This document shows, one piece after another, positions 1 to 8,281 of a stretch of 64,000 nucleotides of DNA (positions within the stretch are counted from its first letter, which is position 1; each line of letters starts with the position of its first letter). A program made the position numbers and the translations under genes. This stretch comes from an uncultured Gemmatimonadaceae bacterium (lineage in GTDB: Bacteria; Gemmatimonadota; Gemmatimonadetes; Gemmatimonadales; Gemmatimonadaceae). The stretch is from assembly GCA_963740355.1 (NCBI GenBank), contig CAVUDW010000002.1, positions 1,760,001 through 1,824,000 of the forward strand, written 5' to 3'. Under the pieces are notes generated by a model. The model saw only the letters and a list, made by a program, of their open reading frames with translations. It did not search any database and had not been told where the DNA came from.

Positions 1-37
1 GTCGATCGGCCGCAATGCGTTAAGCGCGGAATTGCGC

Positions 38-62
38 GATCAAGATCTCTGACCCCTTGATC
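38..62. repeat. REP-like 25-bp palindromic element GATCAAGATCTCTGACCCCTTGATC
   Basis: Exact reverse complement of the copy at 50313-50337. Has 7-bp terminal inverted repeats GATCAAG/CTTGATC. Intergenic. Confidence 0.75.
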
Positions 63-209
63 GGGTCCCGTTGATCGGCCCCCTCGATCGCACCAATCCC
101 AACCACGGTGAGCCGAAATCGGCCCCAACTGCGCGTGAGTGAATGAGGACGCATCCGATCTGGCTCCGTCGGGAGCCCGGCCGCTCCGCCACCCCCGCTC
201 ACCGCACCA

Positions 210-1268
210 ATGCCCCGTGACGCTGTCACGTTCGTCTGGCCTGGCGACCTGCATCTCGACGTCGCTGGACGCGACAACCACTCCACCGCGCTCTGGATGG
301 CCGACGAGGTGTCGGCGCTCATCCGGCCTGACTTCGTCCAGTTCGCCGGCGACAACGTGCAGCACGCGCGTGATGCGGAGTGGGAGCTATTTGCGGAAGT
401 CACCGGCCGGCTCACCGTACCGTGGCACGCGCTCGTGGGAGATCATGACGCGCACCACGATCCAGGATGCCATGCCTACCAGGCGCGGATTGGCCCGACG
501 CACAAGGCCTTCACCGTCGGTGGTATCCGCTTCATCTGCCTCAATTCGATGCAGAGCAAGCCACTCGGCATGAGCGCCGAGCAGGTGTTGTGGTTCCGCT
601 TCGAGGTGGATGCCGCCGTGCAGCGTGGCGAACGCGTGGTGGTGTTCCAGCACCACTACCCGTTCCAGATCCTCGAGGATTTCGGCAACGCCCCCGGCAT
701 GGCGCAGTGGCGGAAGATCATGCAGACGCGACCGATCGCCGCGGTGTTCTCAGGCCATACGCACTACGGCCAGATGGCCAACGATGGTCGCAATGTCTAC
801 GTCGCAACGCGGTCGATCGGTGAGCCCGAAGGAGGGCCGGCCGGCTATTCCATCGTGACCATCGACGATGATTCGCTGGCGGTGACGTACCGGAGCGTCG
901 AGGACCGCGGTCCTGCAGTGCAAATCACCTCGCCGCGGCGACTGATCCTGGCCACGACGGCCAGGCATGTGGTCACCGGGCCGACGGAGGCATCCGTACG
1001 GCTCTGGTCGAGCGTGCCAGTGGCGAAAGTGGAAGGTCGCATCGACGGCGGTTCGTGGAATGCGTTTGCCGCCAGCCGCGATGGAGTCTGGCGTCGGAAG
1101 ATCGATGGAGCGGCACTGACGAAAGGACAGCACACGCTCGAAGTGCGTGCCACGGACGACACCGGCGCTGTTGGCAGCGACGCGCTGGTGTTCATGGCCG
1201 ACATCACCGGCCGCTTCAACCCCGTGCCGGCGGTGGACCCGGTGGTCACGACCACGAAGTTCTGCTGA
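210..1268 (+). CDS. Calcineurin-like metallophosphoesterase with C-terminal Ig-like beta domain
   Basis: Motifs GDLH, GDNV, GDHD, HH and GHTH in the canonical order. The C-terminus contains 'GQHTLEVRATD', typical of Ig-like domains. Confidence 0.85.
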   Translation: MPRDAVTFVWPGDLHLDVAGRDNHSTALWMADEVSALIRPDFVQFAGDNVQHARDAEWELFAEVTGRLTVPWHALVGDHDAHHDPGCHAYQARIGPTHKAFTVGGIRFICLNSMQSKPLGMSAEQVLWFRFEVDAAVQRGERVVVFQHHYPFQILEDFGNAPGMAQWRKIMQTRPIAAVFSGHTHYGQMANDGRNVYVATRSIGEPEGGPAGYSIVTIDDDSLAVTYRSVEDRGPAVQITSPRRLILATTARHVVTGPTEASVRLWSSVPVAKVEGRIDGGSWNAFAASRDGVWRRKIDGAALTKGQHTLEVRATDDTGAVGSDALVFMADITGRFNPVPAVDPVVTTTKFC

Positions 1269-1318
1269 CGCAGCGTACCGATTCGCCACCCGCGACGACA
1301 CCTACACGCCTCCCGCCA

Positions 1319-2623
1319 ATGACGCCCAGCGCAGCTCCCGCATCCGAGTCACAGCAGGACGAGAGCTTTCTCTCGGTCCTTTACGACATCACCAAGAAGC
1401 ACCCGGTGATCTTCATCGCGCTCTTCATGCTGCCGCTGATGGCGCTGCTGATTTCACTCGGCATGAAGTGGCACTATGTGTTCACCGACACGCAGCATTA
1501 CCTGAGCAACTTCTCGATGGACAGCACCGGGAAGTGGAGTGATGCGCATCCCTACTTCAACCCGGGCGTCGATCGGTACGTGCGCGAGCTCGACATCGCC
1601 GGCCTGCTGGGCGGCGTGGTCGGCATCTTCGTCGGCCTATACATCACCGTGACCACCGAGAAGCTGAATCGGCAGAAGGACCGCTTGAACCAGCAGGAGA
1701 TGGACCGCATCAAGACGCAAACGAGTCTCCTGGTGCAGGCGACGGAGTCGCTGAATACGCTCATGATCGACGTCAGCGGCAAGGTGAACGAGAAGGTGCA
1801 GCTGATGGAAGGCACGGGTGAAGTGCTCTCCGGAATCACGAAGGTCATCGAGTCGGTGCGCTCGCAGGGCAACAACCTGCTGGTGCTCTCCAATACCGCG
1901 CGAATCGAGGGGATTTCGCAGTACCGCATGGAGTACGTCGCCAAGCACGCGAACCTGAAGCCGCACGAGCTCAAGAACGCCACCCAGTTCGACTACGCGC
2001 GCAAGGCCGAGTCGCTCCAGCGGGACTGTGCCGACGTCGAGAACAAGTTGAAGGAGGTCTCGATCTACCTTCGAAACCTCGGGGCTGATGCGCGGGTGCA
2101 GTTCGTCACGCTGAACGACCAGCCGCAAGGTGTCGGACTGCCGTTCATGAAGTACCTCGGCAAGGTCTTCAATGAACATGTCATCGTCGAGACGTATCGG
2201 CCTGGCAGCAATTCCGTGCTCAACCAGATGGAAGGGGTGCCGCATCACAAGCGTTTCCTGGTGCCGAGCACCAGTGGCGAACAGGACAACCCGCAGGAAG
2301 TCCTCGTGCAGCAGTTGAATCAGCAGCAGGGACAGGCGATACACGAAATGCAGGAACTGGGCATCCGTGTCACCCGCATCGCGAAGACCTTGCCGGTGCA
2401 GCTCTTCATCTCGGCGCCGCTCGAGAACAAGCCGGGCATCTACAAGGGGCTCTGCGTCTGCATCCTCGGCAGCGGGTCGAGCACCAGCGGCCGCGCGTCG
2501 AAGCTGACGGCCTTCCTCACGGATGATCCGCACATCGTGGCCTCGATGACCGAGCTGTTCTACGACTACGAGAACGATGCCCAGATGGCGACACGTGAGT
2601 TCATGCGCCCGGTCCTGACGTGA
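1319..2623 (+). CDS. Hypothetical membrane protein (2 TM, coiled coil, alpha/beta C-terminal domain)
   Basis: ATG at 1319 is in frame with the 1055..2623 ORF and lies after the upstream stop. Two hydrophobic helices are followed by a Q/E/K-rich heptad stretch. Third codon positions are coding-like. Confidence 0.75.
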   Translation: MTPSAAPASESQQDESFLSVLYDITKKHPVIFIALFMLPLMALLISLGMKWHYVFTDTQHYLSNFSMDSTGKWSDAHPYFNPGVDRYVRELDIAGLLGGVVGIFVGLYITVTTEKLNRQKDRLNQQEMDRIKTQTSLLVQATESLNTLMIDVSGKVNEKVQLMEGTGEVLSGITKVIESVRSQGNNLLVLSNTARIEGISQYRMEYVAKHANLKPHELKNATQFDYARKAESLQRDCADVENKLKEVSIYLRNLGADARVQFVTLNDQPQGVGLPFMKYLGKVFNEHVIVETYRPGSNSVLNQMEGVPHHKRFLVPSTSGEQDNPQEVLVQQLNQQQGQAIHEMQELGIRVTRIAKTLPVQLFISAPLENKPGIYKGLCVCILGSGSSTSGRASKLTAFLTDDPHIVASMTELFYDYENDAQMATREFMRPVLT

Positions 2624-2648
2624 CCCGCTGCACGAACGGGATCGCCCA

Positions 2649-4451
2649 ATGAGCACTCTCCACCTAGTGAAGAAGCTCTGGCCCTTCATCAAGAAGTACC
2701 AGGGAAGCCTGGTGCTGGCACTGGTGCTGACGATGATCGGCGCGGTGCTGGCACAGGTCACTCCGTTGGTGATGGAGTACTCCGTCAACACGGTGCAGGG
2801 CTTGCTCGACAAGCCAGTGGACCAGCCGCAGATCCTGCGCATCGTCGGCACGCTGGTGGCGGTGCTGCTGGGCAAGGAGGTCCTCAGCCTGCTGATCCAG
2901 CTCTGGCAGAAATACCTCAGCGATGGCATCCGCTTCCGGATGGCGGGTGATCTCTACAACTACACGATCCATCGCATCATCTCGTACCACCTGTCGTTCT
3001 TCGCGCTGCCGAACAACCAGACCGGCAAGCTGGAAAAGCGCATCGACAAGGGTATCGAGAGCATCACGAAGACGATCAAGAACATGTTCGTGGACATCCT
3101 GCCGATGCTCGCCAATGCCGGCCTGGCACTGATGCTGATCTACAAGAAGAATTTCTGGGTCGGCGTGGTCGCGTCACTGGTACTGCCGCTGTATGCGTGG
3201 ATCAGCCGCGCGCAGACGCTGCGGCAGAAGAGCATCCGTCGGAGCATCCAGCATGTGCGGGAGGAAAAGACGAACTCCCTGTTCGGGTTGCTGGAGTCGA
3301 TCTTCGTCGTCAAGTCGTTCGTTCGCGAGGGCTACGAAACGCATCGGCAGCAGGTGCTGAACGGCAGCCTGGTCACGAACGAGATCACGCACCATCGCAC
3401 GAACTATCTCTTCGATGGCCTGAAGGGCATCGCTGAGCAGGTCGGGATCATGATGGTCTTCACCCTCACGATCTACTTCGTGCTCAACCACGAAATGACC
3501 GTCGGTGCGATCCTGCTGCATATCATGCTGTTCAACAATGTGTCGGCGCCGGTGCGCCACCTGCACCGCATCTACGACGAATACACGGAGGCGCTGACGT
3601 ACTCCGAAGGCTTCTTCGAGATGATCGAGACCGACGGCTACCTGCCGCGCACCGGTGGCGTCACCAGTGACACGTTGCGTGGCGACTTCGTGTTCGAGAA
3701 CGTGGATTTCATCTATCCGAACGGCAAGCAGGCGCTCAAGCGGGTGAACTTCGAGCTGCAGCGCGGCCGGACGACCGCGCTGGTAGGACTCTCCGGGGCG
3801 GGCAAGAGTTCGGCGATGAACCTGCTGGCGGGGTTCTACGAGCCGACCGCCGGGCGCGTGCTTCTTGATGGCGCGGACCTCCGCTCATTCGATGCGGATT
3901 GGGTGCGCGAGAATGTCGGGCTGGTGATGCAGAAGAACCATATCTTCGCCGGTACGGTCGCGGAGAACATTCGCTACGGCCTGCTCCAGGCCACGCAGGA
4001 GCAGATCGAGGCAGCGGCGCGGAAGGCCAGCCTGCACGAGCAGATCCTGCAGATGCCGCATGGGTACGAGACCCAGGCGCGCGAGTTGTCCGGTGGTCAG
4101 CAGCAGCGGATCGCGATCGCGCGGCTCTTCCTCAAGAACCCGCCGATCATCTTCTTCGATGAGCCGACCGCCAGTCTCGACGCGATCACCACCGAGCAGA
4201 TCAAGGAGAGCATCGACGCGGTGAAGCACAATCGCACGGTGCTGATCATCTCGCACAACATCAGCCAGATCATGGACGCCGACTCGATCTACGTCATGAG
4301 CGAGGGGGAGATCGTCGCCAACGGGACGCACGAATCACTGTACCGGGACGGCGGCTTGTACCGTAGCATCATCGACTCCAACGCCCGTACCCTCAACATC
4401 GGCCGCCTCGCCGCCACCGTCCTGCCGCAGCCCGCCGTCGCGCTCGCGTAG
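2649..4451 (+). CDS. ABC exporter, fused permease plus ATPase (MsbA/MdlB-like)
   Basis: N-terminal TM domain, Walker A GLSGAGKS, signature LSGGQ, Walker B IIFFDE and H-loop ISH. Confidence 0.92.
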   Translation: MSTLHLVKKLWPFIKKYQGSLVLALVLTMIGAVLAQVTPLVMEYSVNTVQGLLDKPVDQPQILRIVGTLVAVLLGKEVLSLLIQLWQKYLSDGIRFRMAGDLYNYTIHRIISYHLSFFALPNNQTGKLEKRIDKGIESITKTIKNMFVDILPMLANAGLALMLIYKKNFWVGVVASLVLPLYAWISRAQTLRQKSIRRSIQHVREEKTNSLFGLLESIFVVKSFVREGYETHRQQVLNGSLVTNEITHHRTNYLFDGLKGIAEQVGIMMVFTLTIYFVLNHEMTVGAILLHIMLFNNVSAPVRHLHRIYDEYTEALTYSEGFFEMIETDGYLPRTGGVTSDTLRGDFVFENVDFIYPNGKQALKRVNFELQRGRTTALVGLSGAGKSSAMNLLAGFYEPTAGRVLLDGADLRSFDADWVRENVGLVMQKNHIFAGTVAENIRYGLLQATQEQIEAAARKASLHEQILQMPHGYETQARELSGGQQQRIAIARLFLKNPPIIFFDEPTASLDAITTEQIKESIDAVKHNRTVLIISHNISQIMDADSIYVMSEGEIVANGTHESLYRDGGLYRSIIDSNARTLNIGRLAATVLPQPAVALA

Positions 4452-4494
4452 GAGTGTACCGGAACAGTGCCCTGCGAACGGGCGCAGTAGAGAA

Positions 4495-4559
4495 GAAGTG
4501 CAACTGAGAAGTGCAACGGCGAAGTGCAACTGAGAAGTGCAACTGAGAACTGCAACTGC
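4495..4559. repeat. Tandem repeat, 5 x 13 bp (GAAGTGCAACTGA)
   Basis: Units start at 4495, 4508, 4521, 4534 and 4547. Three are exact and two are variant. Confidence 0.9.
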
Positions 4560-4566
4560 AATGGGG

Positions 4567-4930
4567 GGGAGGCCACGGAGCTCACGGAGTGCTCGGCAGG
4601 CAACCTTCCGTGAGTCGCAACCCATGAGGAATGGTTTGAGAAGGGCGGATGCATCTTCCTTTCTCAGTCTCGATGATTGCGAAGCGGGAGTGCTCGTTGA
4701 TGGAGCTACTCCGTGAGCTCCGTGGCCTCCCGCTCACATTGCAGTTCCTCCCGAGCTACGTGAACGCAGCGCCACGAGCACCGTGGCCTCTCGCCCACAT
4801 TTCCGAAAAGAGGAGGCGAGAAACGACGGCTCGCCATGGAGCTACTCCGTGAGCTCCGTGGCCTCCCGCTCACATTGCTGTTCCTCCCGCGATGCTAGCG
4901 AACGCAGCGCCACGAGCTCACCGTGGCCTC
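4567..4930. repeat. Intergenic inverted and direct repeat cluster (ACTCCGTGAGCTCCGTGGCCTCCC core)
   Basis: A 24-bp copy at 4567-4590 is the perfect reverse complement of 4708-4731. A roughly 90-bp unit occurs at 4700-4790 and again at 4836-4930. Confidence 0.88.
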
Positions 4931-4938
4931 CCCAAAAT

Positions 4939-5922
4939 TCAGAACCGATCCAGATCCTTGGCCGAGACGATGCGGCCGGCATAGCGGGATCGTACTTCGG
5001 CCACCAGCGTGCTGTCGGAGGCACCGAAGTAGAGCTGATGGTAGAGCACCAGCACGCCCGGTCGCGCCGCCGTTGCGATGTCGCCGAGTTGCGTGGCGGA
5101 GGTGTGCGCCTGCGCGTGGTAGACCTGGCGGAGCGGCGGGATGGTGGCGAAGCCGGAGTTGGAGTAGACCTCGTGCACGAGGATGTCGCAGCCGTTGCAC
5201 TCACGCGCGATGGCGGGATTGGTGCGGTCGTCGCCACTGATCACGATCACACGATCGGGCGTCTGGATCCGGTAGCCGAAGGCCTGTTTCCACCCCGCGT
5301 GCGGCACCGCGAAGGCACGGATCGTCACCCGGGCATCGGTATAGATCGTCCCTTCGGTGATTTCGTGCACATTCGCCCTGTACGCATCAGGCGCTGGCCC
5401 TGCAGACGCCGCGATGCGTTCCGCGAGATCCTCGGCATACGCGTCGACGATACCGTCCGCGAGGTGCCTTGTGCCAGCGGGGCCGTACAACTCGAGACGT
5501 GTCTTGCGACCCTGAATCCATGGCGTGAACAGCACATCGTTCAGCCCCATGGTGTGATCGGAGTGCAGGTGCGTCACGAAGAGCAACCCAAGTCGTGCAG
5601 GCTGCAAGGCGATGACACCGGTTCTCGCAGCCGCTGCCGCGCGGCGCACGATCCCGGTGCCGGCGTCAAATAGATAGGCGACGCTATCCACCACCACGGC
5701 GACCGCTGGCCCGTTGCGCTCCGGATCGGGAATCGGCGTGCCTGTGCCGAGGATGATGACCTGCGTTCGCGCCTGTGCAACCGCGCCGACCGGCGCGAGC
5801 GAAGCGAGTGCTGTCAGCATCAGGGCGACGATCCGGATCACCGCACGGGATCGCATCGCAGTTGATCGCATCGCTGTCGATCGCATCGCATTCGATCGCA
5901 TCACAGACATCTGTGCCTCCAC
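4939..5922 (-). CDS. Secreted MBL-fold metallo-hydrolase, RNase Z/BN-like
   Basis: LGTG-P-P, DAG, THLHSDH, SGD, HE and LYH motifs, plus a signal peptide. The start is ambiguous among several repeat-encoded ATGs. Confidence 0.88.
   Translation of the reverse strand: MEAQMSVMRSNAMRSTAMRSTAMRSRAVIRIVALMLTALASLAPVGAVAQARTQVIILGTGTPIPDPERNGPAVAVVVDSVAYLFDAGTGIVRRAAAAARTGVIALQPARLGLLFVTHLHSDHTMGLNDVLFTPWIQGRKTRLELYGPAGTRHLADGIVDAYAEDLAERIAASAGPAPDAYRANVHEITEGTIYTDARVTIRAFAVPHAGWKQAFGYRIQTPDRVIVISGDDRTNPAIARECNGCDILVHEVYSNSGFATIPPLRQVYHAQAHTSATQLGDIATAARPGVLVLYHQLYFGASDSTLVAEVRSRYAGRIVSAKDLDRF
5849..5904. repeat. Coding tandem repeat, about 3.7 x 15 bp (GATCGCATCGCANNN), encoding (AMRS[T/N])n
   Basis: Units at 5849, 5864, 5879 and 5894, in the N-terminus of the MBL gene. 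Confidence 0.85.
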
Positions 5923-5993
5923 GCCGTGTTGCTACTCGTGAGACGCGCGGTCCGGCGGCGAGCCGACGTCGCTCGCCGCGGCCATTTTGAACC

Positions 5994-7130
5994 CTACTTT
6001 CGCGCGCTGTGCCAGGCTGCCAGCACGGCGACCTCGCGTTCCGGTGAGAGGCCGGCACGCGCCTTCTCCTGCTCGGCGGCCGGTCGTGCGTGATACCACG
6101 CCAGCGTCGCCGCCGCCGTTTCGGCCAGTGGACGGAAAGTGAGGCCAGCGTCATACGCCTTCTTGCAGATCACTCGTGCGAATCCGGCGGTGCGGCCAAC
6201 CGGTGGTACCCAGACCGGCATGTCGCTCCAGGCGCGAACCTGGTTCGCACCGAGGAACTCTGCAGGCACCCACGTGAACCGTGCATCGCTGGTGGTGACG
6301 GCCTTGATGCCATACAACATCTCGGCAATCGTCGTCGGCGTCTTGGGGCCAGTGGCATTGAAGATGCCAAGCACGCGCTTCTCCGCCAGGCGCACGATCC
6401 ACTCGCCGAGGTCGCGCGCGTCGACGTATTGCACGGGATCATTCGGTGTGCCGGGTGCCAGCACTTCGCCACCGCGATCGATGCGCACTGGCCAGTAGGA
6501 GAATCGATCCGACAGATCACCAGGGCCAACGATGAGGCCAGGTCGCACGATGGTCACGTTGTCGCCGAACTGCGTGCGCGCCTCGATCTCGCTGCGAACC
6601 TTGTTGCGGCCGTAGACCTGCGCATCGAATGGGGCGTCGATGTCCGACGGCGGCAGCAGTGGGCCATTCTCGTCGATCGGTGCCGAGTTGTCGGAGAAGA
6701 CCGAGATCGTGGAGATGAAGATGTAGTGCTTGGTGCGACCACGGAGCGCGAGACCAGCACCACGCACCCACTTCGGGTTGGCCGTCGGATTGTCGATCAC
6801 GACGTCCCACTCGCCACCCTCCAGTGCCTTGTGTCCATCGGGCAGGTTCCGGTCGCCAATGAGGCGCGGCACATTCGGGAAAAGGGTCGAGTTCGTGACG
6901 CCACGATTGAAGAGAGTCACCGAGTGGCCGCGATCGAGCGCGTACTGGACCTGGTACGGCCCGATGAAGCCGGTCCCGCCGAGAATCAGGATTCGCAGTG
7001 GCGCTTTCCGTCCCGTCGCGGTGTCGGCCGTGCGTGGCTCGAGCGCGTCGAGTAGCGAGGGCAATCCAAGCGACAGAGCACCGCCAATGGTGGCCGATGA
7101 CGCGATGAAAGTTCGACGAGAAACGGGCAT
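5994..7130 (-). CDS. Tat-exported NAD-dependent epimerase/dehydratase (isoflavone-reductase-like SDR)
   Basis: SRRTFI twin-arginine signal, GGTGFIG Rossmann motif and YxxxK (YGRNK). Confidence 0.88.
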   Translation of the reverse strand: MPVSRRTFIASSATIGGALSLGLPSLLDALEPRTADTATGRKAPLRILILGGTGFIGPYQVQYALDRGHSVTLFNRGVTNSTLFPNVPRLIGDRNLPDGHKALEGGEWDVVIDNPTANPKWVRGAGLALRGRTKHYIFISTISVFSDNSAPIDENGPLLPPSDIDAPFDAQVYGRNKVRSEIEARTQFGDNVTIVRPGLIVGPGDLSDRFSYWPVRIDRGGEVLAPGTPNDPVQYVDARDLGEWIVRLAEKRVLGIFNATGPKTPTTIAEMLYGIKAVTTSDARFTWVPAEFLGANQVRAWSDMPVWVPPVGRTAGFARVICKKAYDAGLTFRPLAETAAATLAWYHARPAAEQEKARAGLSPEREVAVLAAWHSARK

Positions 7131-7305
7131 GAGCTGGGCTCCGATGGATCACGGGATGTACTGCCGTTGTCGAGCGCGGTGTCGAGGCGGCGCGAGCTGG
7201 CCTCCGCCTTCCGGTGGCAGCATAGGGCACTGCGCGAGTACGTGCCATGAGTGGCGCCTGTTGCACTGGCTGGCCGACTGACCGCCCGCTCGGTAGGCTA
7301 CCATC

Positions 7306-8187
7306 GTGCCCGAGCTCCCGGACATCACCGTCTACCGCGAGGCGCTCGCGTCGCGAGTCGTCGGCGCGCGCCTGCTGGGCGTGCGCGTGAGTAGCCCATT
7401 CGTCCTCCGCTCGGTGGAGCCACCGCTCTCCGCCTTCGCTGGCGCCACGGTGACCGGGATCGAGCGGGTCGGCAAGCGGATCGTGATCGCCTGTGACGAC
7501 GCGCTGTTCCTGGTGATCCACCTGATGATCGCGGGGCGCCTGAAGTGGATTCCAGCGGGCAAGAAGGTGCCGGCGAAGAGTGGTCTGGCGCTCTTCGAGT
7601 TCGAGACCGGCACACTCGTGCTGACGGAGGCGGGAACCAAGCGCCGCGCCTCGCTGACTGCGGTCGCTGGCCGCGACGCGCTCCGGGCGATCGATCGCGG
7701 CGGGCTGGATGTGCTGCACAGCGCTGACGCCGAGGTGATCGCGCGGCTGCGGAGCGAAAATCACACACTCAAGCGGTCACTCACCGATCCGCGGCTGTTC
7801 GACGGCATCGGCAATTCGTATTCGGATGAAATCCTCCACAAGGCGCGGCTCTCCCCTTTGCAGCTGACCTCGCGCCTCGACGACGACACGGCGGTTCGGC
7901 TGGTGGCGGCCATGCGTGCGACGCTCGTCGAGTGGACCGACCGACTTCGCGCCGAGGCGGCTGGCGGCTGGCCGGAGAAGGTGACGGCGTTCCGGCCCGA
8001 AATGGCGGTGCATGGCCGGTTCAAGCTCCCGTGTCCAGTCTGCGGCGCGCCGGTGCAGCGGATCCGCTATGCCGAAAACGAAACGAACTATTGCGCACGC
8101 TGTCAGACCGGTGGCAGGGTGCTGGCCGATCGTGCGATGTCTCGGTTGCTGAAGGAAGACTGGCCTCGCTCCCTCGACGAGCAGTGA
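7306..8187 (+). CDS. Fpg/Nei family DNA glycosylase/AP lyase
   Basis: N-terminal PELPD, HLMIAG, H2TH motif GIGNSYSDEIL, and zinc finger CPVC...CARCQ. Confidence 0.93.
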   Translation: MPELPDITVYREALASRVVGARLLGVRVSSPFVLRSVEPPLSAFAGATVTGIERVGKRIVIACDDALFLVIHLMIAGRLKWIPAGKKVPAKSGLALFEFETGTLVLTEAGTKRRASLTAVAGRDALRAIDRGGLDVLHSADAEVIARLRSENHTLKRSLTDPRLFDGIGNSYSDEILHKARLSPLQLTSRLDDDTAVRLVAAMRATLVEWTDRLRAEAAGGWPEKVTAFRPEMAVHGRFKLPCPVCGAPVQRIRYAENETNYCARCQTGGRVLADRAMSRLLKEDWPRSLDEQ

Positions 8188-8281
8188 CCCTGATCGGGAC
8201 CGCCTGACATATTGTGCCCGGACGTGGTGCGTTCACACGTCGCCGCTGGGTGATGCGCTCACACTCCTGCCCCTTTCGCCG

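Noticed and set aside
1260..1322. Selenocysteine at Cys-TGA ending the phosphoesterase
   Set aside because: No convincing SECIS hairpin after the TGA, and the extension would be short and non-conserved-looking.
4495..4930. CRISPR array
   Set aside because: The 13-bp units have no spacers, the longer units occur only 2-3 times in mixed orientation, and no cas genes are present.
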